A stretch of DNA of 63,378 nucleotides, filler included, from Octopus bimaculoides (lineage: Eukaryota), in assembly GCF_001194135.2 (NCBI RefSeq). It is 4 parts of 4 records of this genome, joined end to end, with 100 filler letters (N's around TTAATTAATTAA, not from the genome) between each part and the next. Parts side by side here need not be neighbours in the genome. Positions count along the whole stretch, not along the records: positions 19,253 to 45,249 come from NC_068982.1; 3 more parts are not named here. The stretch is one strand, 5' to 3'. The notes beneath the pieces are model-generated. The model searched no databases. It was not told the DNA's origin and saw nothing but the letters and a program-made list of their open reading frames with translations. Shown here piece by piece: positions 27,560 through 41,764 of the stretch. Within the stretch, counting starts at the first letter, position 1; each line of letters opens with the position of its first letter. The translations under genes were made by a program, and so were the position numbers.

Positions 27560-27684
27560 GCACAAAAACCGTTTTAAGGGCTACATACTTTGTATTGTTG
27601 TTACTGGATTAGCGAAATAATTATGAGAACGGAACCAAGGGATAAGCTCCACTTTCCCGGGCATTACCGGGTACATCAGCTAGT
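27560..27684 (+). mobile_element. Helitron-type 3' terminus
   Basis: cccgg gcatta ccggg tacatcag CTAG T at 27656-27684, nearly identical to 46505-46533. Confidence 0.62.
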
Positions 27685-27814
27685 ATATATAAATATTGTA
27701 TAGGTAATAGATAACTCAATTAGATTGGAGTATTCAATAATATCATTAGTCATTTACAATTTGGGAGTTTGACATTTAAAAAAAAACCAATGGACCAGTA
27801 TTGTTAAGATAACT

Positions 27815-28190
27815 ACTGACATCTTTATTAGATGTTTTAACAGAAGAATTTAAGAGCAACTCTCTGTTGGAACTCCCATATCCTGTTGACTTAGTTATCA
27901 TTGCTGAACCTGTCAAAATGTTGCTCAGACATATGGAATTGAGTGTCCTCAAAGTAAACCTAACAGTGATATAAATTTTGTTCACAGGAATGAAGGCAGA
28001 AATGTACTGCCATCAGGAAAGTAGCTAAGCTCATTATGTGAAAAAGGAGTACATAGGAATTCTGTATAATACATCCATTTTAAATGATGGGAGCTTAGGA
28101 AATGCAATAGAATCATAGGCAGATTGACAGATGAAAAAGTCTTCATATGTAAGAGATGCACAAGAATAGTTACCAAAAAAGTGCAAACAT
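27815..28190 (+). mobile_element. Highly degraded RTE-clade LINE RT remnant
   Basis: Pieces DVLTEEFK..SLLEL.Y..DLVIIAE, KVNL, and a Cys-rich C..C..W...KC..I.GRL....FICKRC stretch resemble the YADD region plus Cys-rich insert of invertebrate RTE elements. Many lesions. Confidence 0.55.
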
Positions 28191-29479
28191 GAGATAAACT
28201 TTGGACAATATTGTCCAGCATACTTCTAAAAAGACAGGGTAGTCATAGAACCCATACCTTTGACCATAAATCTGCTCAGTTAGGGTTCACCTGGAACTAA
28301 ACTACAACTTCTCTGTACATTTTCACACAACAAACGTTAGTCATTTGCATAATCATTCAAACCACTTCCACTGCACATACTGGCTAATGATAAAAGGTAT
28401 TCTAACCATGACCATCCCACCTTTTCCAGCAGAGTTTATCTCAGACTGCATTATCCACTATGTCCTTCCTTTTTTTATTATTAAAGAGTGTGATTTGAGA
28501 GAGATTTCACTGCTTCTAATAAGTCGAGCAATCACAATGGTTTACAGCATTGCTCAGTCTGTGGTTTACAGCTTGAAAATTACCTTAAGGCAAAGTCAAG
28601 TATTCTAATTAACATCTTGATTTAACGTCCATGTTTCATGCTGGCATGGGTTAGACAGTTTGACAAGACCCATGGGTCCAAGAACTGAACTGTGTTCCAG
28701 TGTTTGTTTTGGCATGGTTTCTGCAGATGTCCTTCATAAAAAAAACATTTTCCAGCAAGTACTGGGTTCTTTTTTTTTTTTTTTTTTCCGTGACACCAGC
28801 ACAGATGAAGTCATCATGCAGCTCAGAAGACCCCCAAACCCCGAGGAAGGTGGAAGTCAGTTTTATGCTAGAGGATGAGGAAAGGCTAGTGATCATTCCT
28901 CATTTGTATAACATTTAATAGAAGAGATGTAAATCAATCTCTTCATAAGATGCTAGCTATGACATGCAGATTTTTCTCCTCAAAGGAGGAGAGCATAGAG
29001 TTACTACTTCTTCTTACAACAGGGAACTATACTAATTCTGTAGCACCTATTATTGAGAGTTAAATGTCTTCACTAAAGATGATGTAACAAAATATTTCTC
29101 AGTTCAATGTTTTTATAATGAATTAATTATCCAGAGAAAGGTTACCCAACTGATAGAAATTCAATCACTAACAGACACGTTCCAGTCACTGGCCCACAGA
29201 TGTCCAGCATCCTCTCTCTGATAGTTTCTGTTACCTACTGTAACGGATTCTGTTTCTCAGAGCTAAATGGCCTCATATTGCCCCCCTTGTGTTTACTGCT
29301 CAACCCCCAACACTAACCATTATTCTCGTTTCTTTTTTTTCCAGAACATCAGCTCTTCAGAGTGTTCTGCATATGTCTTATGGGCACCTCAGCAACAGCA
29401 TCTGTTGTTCCGTTGTCAAATGGTGAGGGAGTACAAACACAAAGCCAAAAACAGACGCACACAGACTGATAGATGGATG

Positions 29480-29544
<65 letters not shown>

Positions 29545-31133
29545 TTATGCAACGTATTTTGCTATTCAGTCCTGTTATTTTAAGTATGTTGGAAAGGGAG
29601 CAAAAGAAAGAAAACAATAAATAAAATGGGAATACAAGGGAAATAAACCAAGCAATACCTTAATGTTTTAAGAGTTGCTTCCCTTTAAGATAGTTTTTTT
29701 TTTTTAAATCTTTTTTAGAAGATGTGTTCGTTCAGTTGTACTATTTGGAATACGGCCTTTCTCCAAACAACTGTTTGGGTGTTTGAGAATAAAGTGTAAG
29801 GGGAACAGTAAGGAAAGGTAAAATTCTATTTGAATATATATACAGATACAATGGTATACTGACGAGCAAGAGAGAGTAAGAGAAACAAAGGAAGAGAGAG
29901 AGTATCTGCATGGTCATTGGACATGCTAGAAATAGCAGCTAAATTCCGCCCAATCACTTCACATGAGATCTTTAGATAATGTAGTCCACAAAGACAGGGT
30001 GGTCACAGCTAAAGTCCCTTTGATCATAGGACTGATCCAAGACTACACAACAACAGTACACAGAGCAATTCAATATGGAAAAATAGGCATTGCTTGAGTT
30101 CCAAAATATAGATGATTCTCTCCACAAATCACACCCTAACGTTTTATAAAAGGAAGGTGATACTGCATAGCATATACTTAGATATACCACTAATAAAATT
30201 ATAGGTGTGTTAACATTGTTTCTTTCAGTGCTATTTTATACTGCAGTGTATATCTATATATTCAGTCAGCCCTGAATGTATCCAGATATGAAGATATTAC
30301 CTTTGAATCTAACATCGTGGACAAAAACTAGTTTGATTGATCTCTCTTTCCTTTCTGTGAAAATAAGGAATTAAAAGATTTCAGAGTGAGAGTTTAAACA
30401 AACTTTGAAACATTGGCAATGTTTTATATAACAAGTTCTCAAATGTTTTGAGCACGCTTTCGATTTGCAGACACTTTAGTTTTATGGTTAAGTATACTAT
30501 ATATATATATATATATATATTCGAGCGAGGTCGTTGCCAGTGCCGCTGGACTGGCTCCTGTGCAGGTGGCACGTAAAAAACACCATTTGAGTGTGGCCAC
30601 TGCCAGTTCCACCTGACTGGCCCTCGTGCTGGTGGCACATAAAAGCATCCACTACACTCTCTGAGTGGTTGGCGTTAGGAAGGGCATCCAGCTGTAGAAA
30701 CTCTACCAGATCAGATTGGAGCCTGGTGCAGCCATCTGGTTCGCCAGTCCGCAGTCAAATCGTCCGACCCATGCCAGCATGGAAAGCAGACGTTAAACGA
30801 TGATGATGATGATATATAAACAGAACAATGGGTTATCTAGTATTGCTACAACTATTTCATTAGCAGTCTTTACAGTGACATAATACAATTAGTTAGATTG
30901 CATAACATGTTATGTAACTCCCAACACAACCAAATAAACAAGTGGCAGTGACTTGTTGATTAATCTACAAATCATCAACAATTAGAATTGTGGATTACCA
31001 CTCATTAATGCATCCTCTGCCACAATAATTTTTTTCTATCCAATTCATGGCATGCTTTACTTTGATATGCCTTGGTCCTTTATGGCTCCTTCTAATCAAA
31101 GCTATATACATATACACAAACACACACACACTA

Positions 31134-31175
<42 letters not shown>

Positions 31176-31269
31176 AATTCTCTAAATGGAGGAGATGTCC
31201 TCCTGGGGCTAAAAGCAACAGTAACATCCACCCCTAGGGGTCAGCCACACTTAAGTGGCAATATACTAC

Positions 31270-31315
<46 letters not shown>

Positions 31316-31550
31316 TATATACATGCACATTACTTGTTTCTGTCATTAGACTTCAGCCATGCTGGGGCATCTTGGAAAAATTTAGTCAAATGAATTAACC
31401 CCAGTGCTTCTTTTTAATCCAGGTACTTATTTATTTATTTTATCAGTGTTTTTGTTGAACACTTTGTTACAAGGATGTAAACAACCCAACATTAGTTGTC
31501 AGACAGTCGTGGGGAACACAGATACAGCGACACCACACACATACACACAC

Positions 31551-31583
<33 letters not shown>

Positions 31584-32261
31584 TTATGTATGTATGTATG
31601 TTTGTATGTATGTTTGTATGTATGTTTGTATGTATGTTTGTATGTATGTTTGTATGTATGTATGCATACGATAGGTTTCTTTCAATTTCCATCTACCAAA
31701 TCTACTCATAAGGTTTTGGTTGGCCCACTGCTATATAGCAAGGTGCCACACAGTGGGACTGAAACCTGGAACCATGTGGTTGGGAAACAAGCTTCTTACC
31801 AAACAGCTATGCCTGCGCCTATTCATGCTTATTTTGACTGAGACAATTTCTCTATTGTTGGTGCCACTGTAAAAAATAGAGACACTGTAAACTCAACAAT
31901 ATGGTTGGTGACAGGAATGACGTCCAGCGGGTGAAAGCAAATCAAAGATGGCTCTTGTAAGGGACACTGGAACACCGACCATAAACCAGATTGCATTCTA
32001 AATATTCTCAGAGAAAAACTCTCAGAATAAGAACAGATGTAGGGTGGAGCACATGAAATAATTTCTCTGGTGACGGTAACATCATAAAACGCATTCAGTC
32101 CGCTAGGGCTTTTTCTCCGTACGTGTGTGCGATTGCGTGTGCGTGTATATGAGGTGGGAGGCCAATATGACATGGACCGCGGGGATAAAGGGCAATAAAA
32201 TGATGACAATGGTGATAATGATGATGATGATGATGTGTGCGTGTGTGTTAAAGCTACTTAC

Positions 32262-32407
32262 GGTGGATTGTCACAGTAACGCTGCCTGTTAGAAACGCCA
32301 GCACCACAACTCGTTGTGCATTTCGTCCATTCTCCCCATTCGCCCCATTCTCCGTTGATAGATTGAGGTCGGTCACCAATAGTGACACATTCACCGTCGA
32401 AACACCA
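32262..32407 (-). CDS. ADAMTS7/12-like: ADAMTS exon: end of disintegrin-like domain and thrombospondin type-1 repeat
   Basis: cattacag| ... |gtaagt, phase 0 to 2. WCFDGECVTIGDRPQSINGEWGEWGEWTKCTTSCGAGVSNRQRYCDNP(P), with WxxWxxW and CxxSCG motifs. Confidence 0.96.
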
Positions 32408-34759
32408 CTGTAATGTTGAGAAAATATCAGATGATGTGACAGCAAAAAATATTAGTTTTATTACAAATTTGGAAGCTGACTAATATTTTCGGTCAGGTTT
32501 TTACCATAGAGTTACTTCCCTTAATAATGATTACTCTAAAAGTTAGTTCCCTTACTATATTTTCGCTAACTATTTTCTTCTTTTAGTTAAGAACACTGCT
32601 AGCTTTTATTTATATTTGTGGATAAATATATTTTAAGGAAACAAATCTCGTCATTGCACATAGAACTTTTTAAATTACATTTTCGTGACACACATCAGCA
32701 AATGAAGGAATTTAAATGAGTGAATATAATCAAGTCACTTGGCTTAACATATACATATATGTATATAGATGTCGGCCTTTTGTGATCAATACTCCTTTAA
32801 CAAATCTATCCTTATGACTAAATAAATGGCATTATTTGACCTGATGCTAGTTGTTTGTCTGTTTATTCTTTTATTATATTATTCATGTACCTACTCAACT
32901 GAAACACTACCAACAGCCAATTTACATTCGGCAGCTATAACATGCCTGCTTTTTTAGTTGCAGCTGGAGTTGGGGTTTAGGCAGTAAGTCAACCTAACCA
33001 CTGCTTGAAAGTACTTATTACCTTACATCATCATACATAATGTTACCTGAATTATATATTTGCCACCTAAATGTGGCTAACCCTTAAGGGTTGATGCCAC
33101 TGTTGCTTGTAACCCCAGGAAGACATCTCCTCCAGCTGGCTACTGACACACTATCTGCCCTATCGAATTACTGAATGACAAAAAGAGCAGGAGCTATGTA
33201 ATCACTTTCATTAGGTTACAGTCGTTTATGTCATGAGGAACATTACACTCAGACCTGAGTGCTTGTGTAACATCTTACAGCTTCCTCAGAGCCATTTAGA
33301 TGATGTTTATACTGGCAACTAAACCTGTTTCCCCACTTGGCTCACCAGGTAAAAAATGTGTCGTGGAGACTGCAGGTTTAAAACAAGACCTGTCAAAAGA
33401 CAGTTGCCCTCTACATGAACCCTCAGCCAATCACACAAGTGATGTCTTGTAAAAACATCCTGCATCTGGTCTACCAACAGTGCATGACTGTAGCCATGAA
33501 AACTCCAATGAAAGACATACTGTGCTCTTGAGCAGGAGTTGAAATCCATGAGTGCTGTGGTGTAGAGCAAGAAGAAGACTTATTTAAAGATGTTATTGCC
33601 TCCGTATTATTTCTATAAGATGATGTTGCCTCATTATTTCAATAAGATACTCTTCAAAAGACAAACATTTCTCCAAAGAAACTTTTAATTAGTTGCAGTT
33701 TAAATCAAAATTAAAAGCAAAAGTTTGTTAAGAGAAATGGAAAATTGAATTAAGCAATTTATTGTGGCTGAAGCAGAAAGGCTGTTATGGTATCATATGC
33801 TGAATTAGAGTGAGAGCTTGTTTCATTTCCATTACAGTTAATATAAACCATAATACAGTAACTGAAACAAATCATTGTGGTGCAGTTTCTTTACTTTAAA
33901 GGTGTACATGTAGAAAATACTAGCATCAAGGCAAGTTTTATTAATTTGCAAACACTAAAGTTATTGAAAGGTGATAGGATGATTAATTGAAATGAAATTA
34001 GCATGGATTAAGCAAATGTCATTAGAATGCAGTTAAGAGCATAGATACAGTGGTTTATTCATTAATCAAGAAATGAAAAGTATTTGACTAAAGAACTTAT
34101 AGTGTGAAACTATCCATTCCAGAAAGGGACACTGTATCAAAAGTAACTTTTAATATCAGCAGAGAAGTGAAATTACAGCAGGCAGTGTGTATGTTAGTAT
34201 GTATCATGCTAGTACTTTTTCTTCTGATACGGTTCAAAGTTATACAAGAGTGAGAAATCCATATAAGAGTAAAGTCCATGCACTGAGTATTCTGGCAATT
34301 TAGCATATTCTTAGGTAAAAAAGAAAACATTGATTCTAATCAAGACCTTAGCTTTCTTAATCACAGTTGTTTGGGATTATCAATTATTGCAAATGATTTT
34401 CATTTCAATTATTGTTCAATGATCATACTTAATTATGCTATTAAAAAATTTAACAAATTATGGATGATTACATAGACTGATCCACAACTGTTATTCACTT
34501 TTGATTTATCTGAATCTTAATTCTAATATTTCTTAAATTTTACCATATAAAATGTTTAAGGGGGTGGGCAAGTCAATTACATTGACCTCCAGTACTCAAC
34601 TGGTACTTATTGTATTGACCTCAAAAGGATGAAAGGTAATGGAGATTTGACTACATAGTCTCCTTCAAAACAGCACAAATATTGATATCAATAGAAAAGT
34701 TTTGATACATGACCAGACACACAGTCAAAATCTAGGTCTCATAACACTGCTTATCTCTC

Positions 34760-35300
34760 ATGGTAACACCAGTTACATAACATTGCCAAAACAGCATCCT
34801 TAAGGGTAATTTACATCTTCTAAGCCAGATGATGTTCAAAAGACCTTATCAGCCCTGAAATAAGAACCATGTACAGATCACATGTTTGAGACAGTGCTGC
34901 TGCTGCTGACAGAGGTGGTTACCTGACCTCATACAAAATAAAACCTGTTAATCAGGTGGCAAAGAATTACTCAATAACAGAATACATTCCTAGCTCTCAG
35001 GCATGCACTTTCTTCACCTGGTCTCTTCTGCTGTATCTACTATGGCCTCTGTCCTAAACAAACTAACTGCATAACCAAAACAATATCTCCTCTAGCATCA
35101 CTTTGTGCATTAATGCTTCATCCTTCTTCCTCAGATATTTCTTCTCCATACACGTTTTTATTGCAGATATCCAAACTGTATACCGACCACATTTTCACCA
35201 GCCTGAGGCACCTACAAAGTTCCTCTCTATTGCCCCTCCACCTCTAACTAACATTTACAAAAGACTATTGATTAAATAATTTCAGCAGCTTCTTAATTTC
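34760..35300 (+). mobile_element. Old CR1/L2-group LINE 3' remnant
   Basis: Fragments IAKTASLR.....Y...IR..MY.SH.WD.A and S..RR..SLxxFYRYY.GLC are visible across frames. Very degraded. Confidence 0.4.
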
Positions 35301-37187
35301 ATTGCATGTTTTCAGTGCCTGTGGAAAATATCTTTAGTTCAGACTGATATATTAAAACTTTCTAGAATCTGAAGAGTTTAATGATAGAATTGCTTTTAAG
35401 TACATGTTGCAATTAGCATGTAGTTTATTTTTCACTATTCAGCTGAATAACAAAGAACTATACTAAAATTACATAATCTGAAGAAAGTGTTTTATGTAAG
35501 AACTATTGTAAGTAGTAAGTGGCACTCTAAATAATAAGGTACACATGAAGAATACAGTTTTGTGAAAGTATTTCTCACTCATGTATAATGACAGAATAAT
35601 TCTACAAATTATATTACATTTAATCAATTATCCAGTAAGTTAAGCCATGAAACAAGAAACTATGATACAATTATAATTTTTCATGCTATTAATTTCATCT
35701 GTAGAGGGTAACGTATTTCAGTATTTACATCTACACTATACTTTCATAAATTTTATCTCTGATCATTAGGGGTTTTTGTCTTGGATACTGTACAAAGTAT
35801 CAGCCCTAATTAGAAGTAGTGAACTTTTTTTTTTAATATTTTTAATTTAAGCACCACTGGTATAGGGGATATGAAATTAGTACTCTTGGTTTAAAAATAA
35901 AGCTTCCTAGTTCACATCTAGCATGGTGCTGCTACGTAAATGCTACGTAAAAGGTATCTGATGACAGCTGGAAATCAAAGTAATCAAAATATAGTGTAGA
36001 TGTAAATATCACGAAAACAGTTTTATGCCTAAAGGATTGTAGTATAAAAAACGATAATCTTACAAACAATAACTTATCTCAGACATATAGACAATTAAGT
36101 AAGAAACTGTGATTCTAAATTTACCATCCAATAGCCATGTGCACAAACATCTCAAATTTAAACTAAGAGAGTATAGTCAACAATTCGACCTCATTCTCAC
36201 CAGGTACTTATTTTAACAAATTAACAGGAGATAGCGCAAAACTTATTTTAAAGCATTTGGTCAAATAGTGTTTACACATTTTTTGATTTATCCAATTAGA
36301 GGAATAATATTGATTTCAAATGTTGGTACCAGGCCAGCAATTTAGGAGGAGGAGTTAAAGTCAATTACATCAGTCCCAGTGTTCAACTGGTGCTTTTTTT
36401 GTTGACCCCAAAAAGACGAAAGCCAAGGTCAACCCCTCAGCAGAATTTAAACTCAGAACATAAAGACAGGCAAAAAGTCGCTAAGCATTTTGTCTCGCAG
36501 GCTTACAGTTCTGCCCGCTTGCTGCCTTAATTAGAGGAGTGATATTACCATCGTTAAAATTTCACAGTCTATATGTATATACAGAATTGAATTATGCCAA
36601 TACTTGTAATAATTTGTCAAATTCCTCCTGTTGTTTTGAATTAGATCATCTACAGAGATGAAGAATTAGGCATGGATGATCTATAAAGGTATATATCTGG
36701 TTACTTTTAGTACAAAGTAGCTCTGTGGTTTTAAAGATTTATTTGCATCCATACATTCCTGAACATGTGTCTTCTACTTGAGCCTTGTTTCAACCAAAGT
36801 GTTTTGAATGAAATTTGGCAAAGAGAAACCATCATGACGTTCTTGTCAATATGTGTGTGGGATGAACAAAAATCTCTATGTCAAACAAGAAGTATTTTGA
36901 AATAATTAACTGAAACTTAAATTATATCCTTTTATACCAAGCTTGACTTCAATTGTCGTCCCTTATGAAAATGATAAAATAAGTACCAGACAAAGAAATG
37001 TGGTCAATACCATTGACTATAACCTGCCAAGCTGTTGCTCCAGCATGGCTGCAGTGCAATGATTTAAACCAGTAAAAACAAAAATTAGTATATAAGTCAT
37101 ATGGCAAAAACCATTTCCGGCCAGATAATTTCAGCAAAATCTTCTTTGAAAGTCTAAAGTTAGTATGCAACCATACTTGCCATGTAC

Positions 37188-37280
37188 CTTGTTCCTGCCA
37201 CAGATGGTGCCTTCTGCAGCAGGCTCACGCTTTGTTGTACAAGTCTTGTTTACGTGACACCACAGGTAAGAGCAAATATT
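37188..37280 (-). CDS. ADAMTS7/12-like: ADAMTS exon: disintegrin-like domain
   Basis: tttgtag| ... |gtacat, 93 nt, phase 0 to 0. NICSYLWCHVNKTCTTKREPAAEGTICGRNK (LWC and AAEGT-x-CG motifs). Confidence 0.95.
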
Positions 37281-38254
37281 CTACAAATATATCAACAAAG
37301 AAATTTTAGCAAATAGAACAATATACATATATATATGCATATATATTTCGTTTTGGGATTTAGTTTGCAAGATTCTTTATGTGAGTTCGTGTGTTGAAGC
37401 ATATTTTGTTATGTCTGGGGAGAGTCACTCTCTTTTAATACCTTATAATTTAACACACACACTTGTAAAATTTCCACTTATTTCATTTTTATTTTTTTTA
37501 AACTTTCGTTGCATCTTGCAACCTTTCCAATAGTTTTTTTTTGTTTTTTTTTTATGAGAGACAAACTATTGAAATGTTTTACAAGACAAAACGAAAATTT
37601 TAGATAAATTTAGATAAATAAAATAAAAAAGAAATAAGTGGAAATTTTACTGGTNNNNNNNNNNNNNNNNNNNNNNNNNNNNNNNNNNNNNNNNNNNNNN
37701 NNNNNNNNNNNNNNNNNTTGGTGGTTTATCTGTTAGTGTGTATGTGTGTAGATATATATATATATAAGAATACATGGGTTTGAAGAGTTTGTTGTGTGTG
37801 TGCATAGATGTGTGCAGCAATGTTCTCACACAAAAATGAATTTATGCACTTACATACACACAAATATCTTTGTATGTATATATGCATGCATGCATGGTGA
37901 CCTTTGTCTTAATTTCAAACACTCTTTGTTATGCATGTAAGAGATTTGTTATTTTGTCTACTATAGCTCCTTAGAAGACTATTTAATACTGATTTCAATT
38001 GAAATTTTCTATGACAAATGTAGCATAGAATTCTGCCCAGAGCCTTATCAAAAGTGACTCCACTCTTGTTCATTCTAACAAATTGGGTTTTTAACCCAAA
38101 TGTAGATGAATGCACATATGAACATAAAGGACAGCTGGTGGGCCTGTTGGAACTGTATAAAAATGAACATCCTGAACATCCAGTGTTGGTCTCTTGATAA
38201 ATAATGATTGCAGGAGACACTATCCTACCTGATCAATCTAATGATCTATCAATA

Positions 38255-38295
<41 letters not shown>

Positions 38296-39109
38296 ATAAT
38301 GAGGAAAAATGAGAAAAGTATTATGTAAGAGTGATACAAGTTTAAACAAAGGTTATATTAGTAGAACATTTGATTTTAACCTTTCAGATGCTAGTCCTTA
38401 ATCAGAAAAAGTATGTCTATCTCTTTACATGTGTGCATGTGTATGTGTGTACACATACACACACACACGCGCATATATATTCTTTTATGTGTTTCAGCCC
38501 AAAGGCTGTGGTCATTGCTGGGGCACAGCCAGTGTTTAGCACTTTTTCAATGGCCACTCTTATGTGATTGGCTTTGTATTGTATTGTATTGTATTGTATT
38601 GTATATTATATTTTATAATATATGATGATCATCATCATCATTTAATATCTGTTTTACCATATTGGCATGGGCTGAATGGTTTGGCGGGATCCAGTGAATC
38701 CCAGGGCTGCATGCCTTAATGGGCTCTTGTTTTATATGAGATAAACATACAGTATCTTTCTGCTTAGCTCCATCTCTCTCATTCCATTAAAGTGTATATG
38801 TGTATACATTAAATATACATACTGGAGATTCTCTTTCAAAATATTCCAGTTCTTGACGATCTCAAACTGGTTTCCAACTGTTACTGTTTAAATAAATTAA
38901 TGAGTAGTCAACTTATCATGATTGGTTGGTTTCTTATTCTTTATGTGGTTAGCTTCATTTGGGTGGTAAACTCCACCAGCATTTTCTTTAGTACTACCAT
39001 ATGGTTTTTAGGGGTTTATTTCAGTAGACATCACTTGTGACTAGCTTTTTGACAATGCCTTCCCTGTAGACCTTGATTTGAACATTATAGAGTCAGCAGC
39101 TCTTGTTGT

Positions 39110-39490
39110 TGGCACTCCGTCGCTTACGACATCGAGGGTTCCAGTAAGTCCAATCAACGGAACAGCCTGCTCATGAAATTAACGTGCAAGTGGCTGAGCA
39201 CTCCACAGACACGTGTACCCTTAACGTAGTTCTCGAGGATATTCAGCGTGACACAGTGTGACAAGGCTGACCCTTTGAATTACAGGCACAACAGAAACAG
39301 GAAGTAAGAGTGAGAGAAAGTTGTGGTGAAAGAGTACAGCAGGGTTCGCCACCATCCCCTGCCGGAGCCTCGTGGAGCTTTAGGTGTTTTCGCTCAATAA
39401 ACACTCACAACGCCCGGTCTAGGAATCGAAACTGCGATCCTATGACCGCGAGTCCGCTGCCCTAACCACTGGGCCATTGCGCCTCCACAG
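39110..39490 (-). mobile_element. SINE family C (tRNA-Arg-like head), near full length
   Basis: The minus strand begins ggaggcgcaatggcccagtggttagggcagcggactcgcggtcataggatcgcagtttcgattcc (A and B boxes). The body is shared with 47305-47645(+) and 18295-18510(+). Confidence 0.85.
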
Positions 39491-40477
39491 AGTCAGCAGC
39501 AAACAGTAACATAACTAATAAAAGAGCAAGGGGAGCAACTGCCCCCACTGAGCACATTTTTTAAAACTGGCACCTTTTCAGCAATTTTTTTTTTAACTCT
39601 TTAGATCATTTATACAATAAAAGTCAAATCTCTTTTTCTTTTTGGTTAATCACATGGTCTTGGAAGAACTTTCTGGAGTCATTACATTATTAGACCGACC
39701 TCCTGTATTTTTTAACTGTCTTCTCAATCTCCTGTGATGTGTTGGTTGTTGCTGGCACCTGAAGAACCAAAACAAACCCTGACATCACAACCTCTTAACT
39801 TTAAACAATCCCCTAGAGTTTCATCTTCTTTGTCACACCTGTATCATTAGTTGTAGGTTTCATACGTAATGACATTGTTACCGAAACATGAAATTAGTGA
39901 ATGTAGAATACAATTATGCAAATTATAACTAATGAAATGTTTCAAGTGATATAAGAAAAATGAGTTAAAATTTGTTTGGTGTGTGATACAGTATCGTTTT
40001 TATGTGCTCACTCCCCTGAACTTTAGAAGGTGGGTATGCCTCTAGCAGCACATTAATCTCACCCATCAGAGTGGGCTCGCAAAGGCCTACCTTGACTAAC
40101 TTAAAAATTAAGTCTGACAACAAATAACAAACTAATCTATCAAGAATCTTATTTCAAAAGCATATTAATATCTTGTCGTTGTTGATGCTCAGGTCAGACA
40201 CAAGAATCAATCAAATTAATTGCCAATTAACTTCAATATATTTTCTAATTAACTATAATTTTATTATAGAGAATTATATTTTTCATTTTAACACACTGCA
40301 AATATTCTGTCTCTCGTTCTGTATGTTTATTTAATTAAATTAATACCAAAATTTAAATCATGGTTGAAACAGTCTCCAATAACCTAGTTAGATGAGGACA
40401 TTATTATTCATTCATCTTTCCTTTCTTTTCTCTTTGAGCAAGAATCTAAAACAGATAAAAGGAAGAATTCTTCTTAC

Positions 40478-40622
40478 AGAAACTGAATCACAGACTTTAG
40501 CTTCGGGACCATACTGCAGTCGGCACTGATGATCAGCATTGTACATGGTGCCAGGAGGTAAGAATGGGAAGACGTAATCAAAGACAGTTGACTCATCATT
40601 CAAACAGTAACCTCTGTCACGA
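40478..40622 (-). CDS. ADAMTS7/12-like: ADAMTS exon: catalytic/disintegrin-like junction
   Basis: ttcaccag| ... |gtaaga, phase 2 to 0. (D)RDRGYCLNDESTVFDYVFPFLPPGTMYNADHQCRLQYGPEAKVCDSVS, with the typical PG-x-Y-x-A-D-x-QC motif. Confidence 0.96.
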
Positions 40623-41620
40623 CTGGTGAATAGAATGGAATAAGATAGATTAAGATTTATAAGTAAGGAATATATTTTTAAGGTAGCCACAAAGGCAAGC
40701 AACAATGATAACAAAACCAACAATAAAATAATAAGCAGGATAATTGTGCCAAGGGCTGTGGCAATGGACATTATATCAGTAATGTGACGCTTAAGAATCA
40801 ATGGAACTCAATTTCAGTTGAATGTACGACATCACTGTGAAATAAAGTGCATTCTCCTCAAGGCACATGGTGTTTGTATTTAAATCATTTTTCATTCCAT
40901 CTTTCTTTTATATATCTTACTGTGCATGTCTAAGTTTTCCTGGTGTTTGATTAATAGTTTATGAGAATCTTACATTAATGCTCTCATCATTGTGCTAAGC
41001 ACTCTTTTTTAACTGAAGATGGCATCTTGCATTGTGTAAATGTTGTAGATGTCAAGATTCATTAACAATTGGAATTCAGTAAAGCGTAACCGTTCACAGC
41101 GATCATCGTCACCACTACCAACAACAACAATTACTACTAATACTATTATAATTCTTTCAGTTATATGCACAAGGCCTGAAATTTGGAAGGAGTGGTTAGT
41201 TAATTACATATATTCCAGAGGTATTCAAAACTCAGAATGTAAAGAGCCAGAAAAGATTCCACTAAGCATTTTCTCCAGTGCCGTAATGATTCTTTTCATT
41301 TTAAATCATAGCTATTACTCAAATTTTATATATATTCCCCTATGCTCACTCATGCAAAACAATGAGTGACTCTCTACTTGATCGCTAGAAATAGATATCA
41401 AATTTGACTCAAAGTTGCCCAGCCATCTTTTCAAAATAAGTCTTTGAATAATGTAAACCAAGCTAGATATGGTTCCATGTATCCTGGTCTGAATAAAAGG
41501 TAAGATGGTTTTCTGATCTTATGTCTACAAGAACTGAGGAACAAAACCAACAATAATAAAAACAACAGCAACACAATCAACAACAACTTGTTTCTCAGAT
41601 AACTGTGAAAGGTAACTCAC

Positions 41621-41764
41621 TCAAAGAACTTGGTTACAGCCTTCTTACTGCATGGAGACCAAATTCTAAGCCGACTGCTACCAAACATCTGTGGTGCCAT
41701 CACATAGGAATTTTCACTGGATGAAATACATTTGCTTCGACCTCCATCATGTTTCATTCCAAGG
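41621..41764 (-). CDS. ADAMTS7/12-like: ADAMTS exon: end of catalytic domain with third His and Met-turn
   Basis: tgtttcag| ... |gtgagt, phase 2 to 2. (N)LGMKHDGGRSKCISSSENSYVMAPQMFGSSRLRIWSPCSKKAVTKFF(D). Completes HExxHxxGxxH, the VMAP Met-turn and the WSxCS motif. Confidence 0.96.

Noticed and set aside
33319-33570. Unique-looking intronic segment with short ORFs on both strands
   Set aside because: No homology recognised, stops interrupt the frames, and ADAMTS exons on either side join without it.
37915-38220. 101-aa Cys-containing minus-strand ORF within an ADAMTS intron
   Set aside because: The flanking exons (40478 and 37280) already join in frame with the expected sequence, and the peptide has no recognisable domain.
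39400-39490. tRNA gene call for the tRNA-like sequence (also 13100-13200 and other heads)
   Set aside because: A/B boxes run straight into multicopy SINE bodies, with no proper acceptor stem or terminator.
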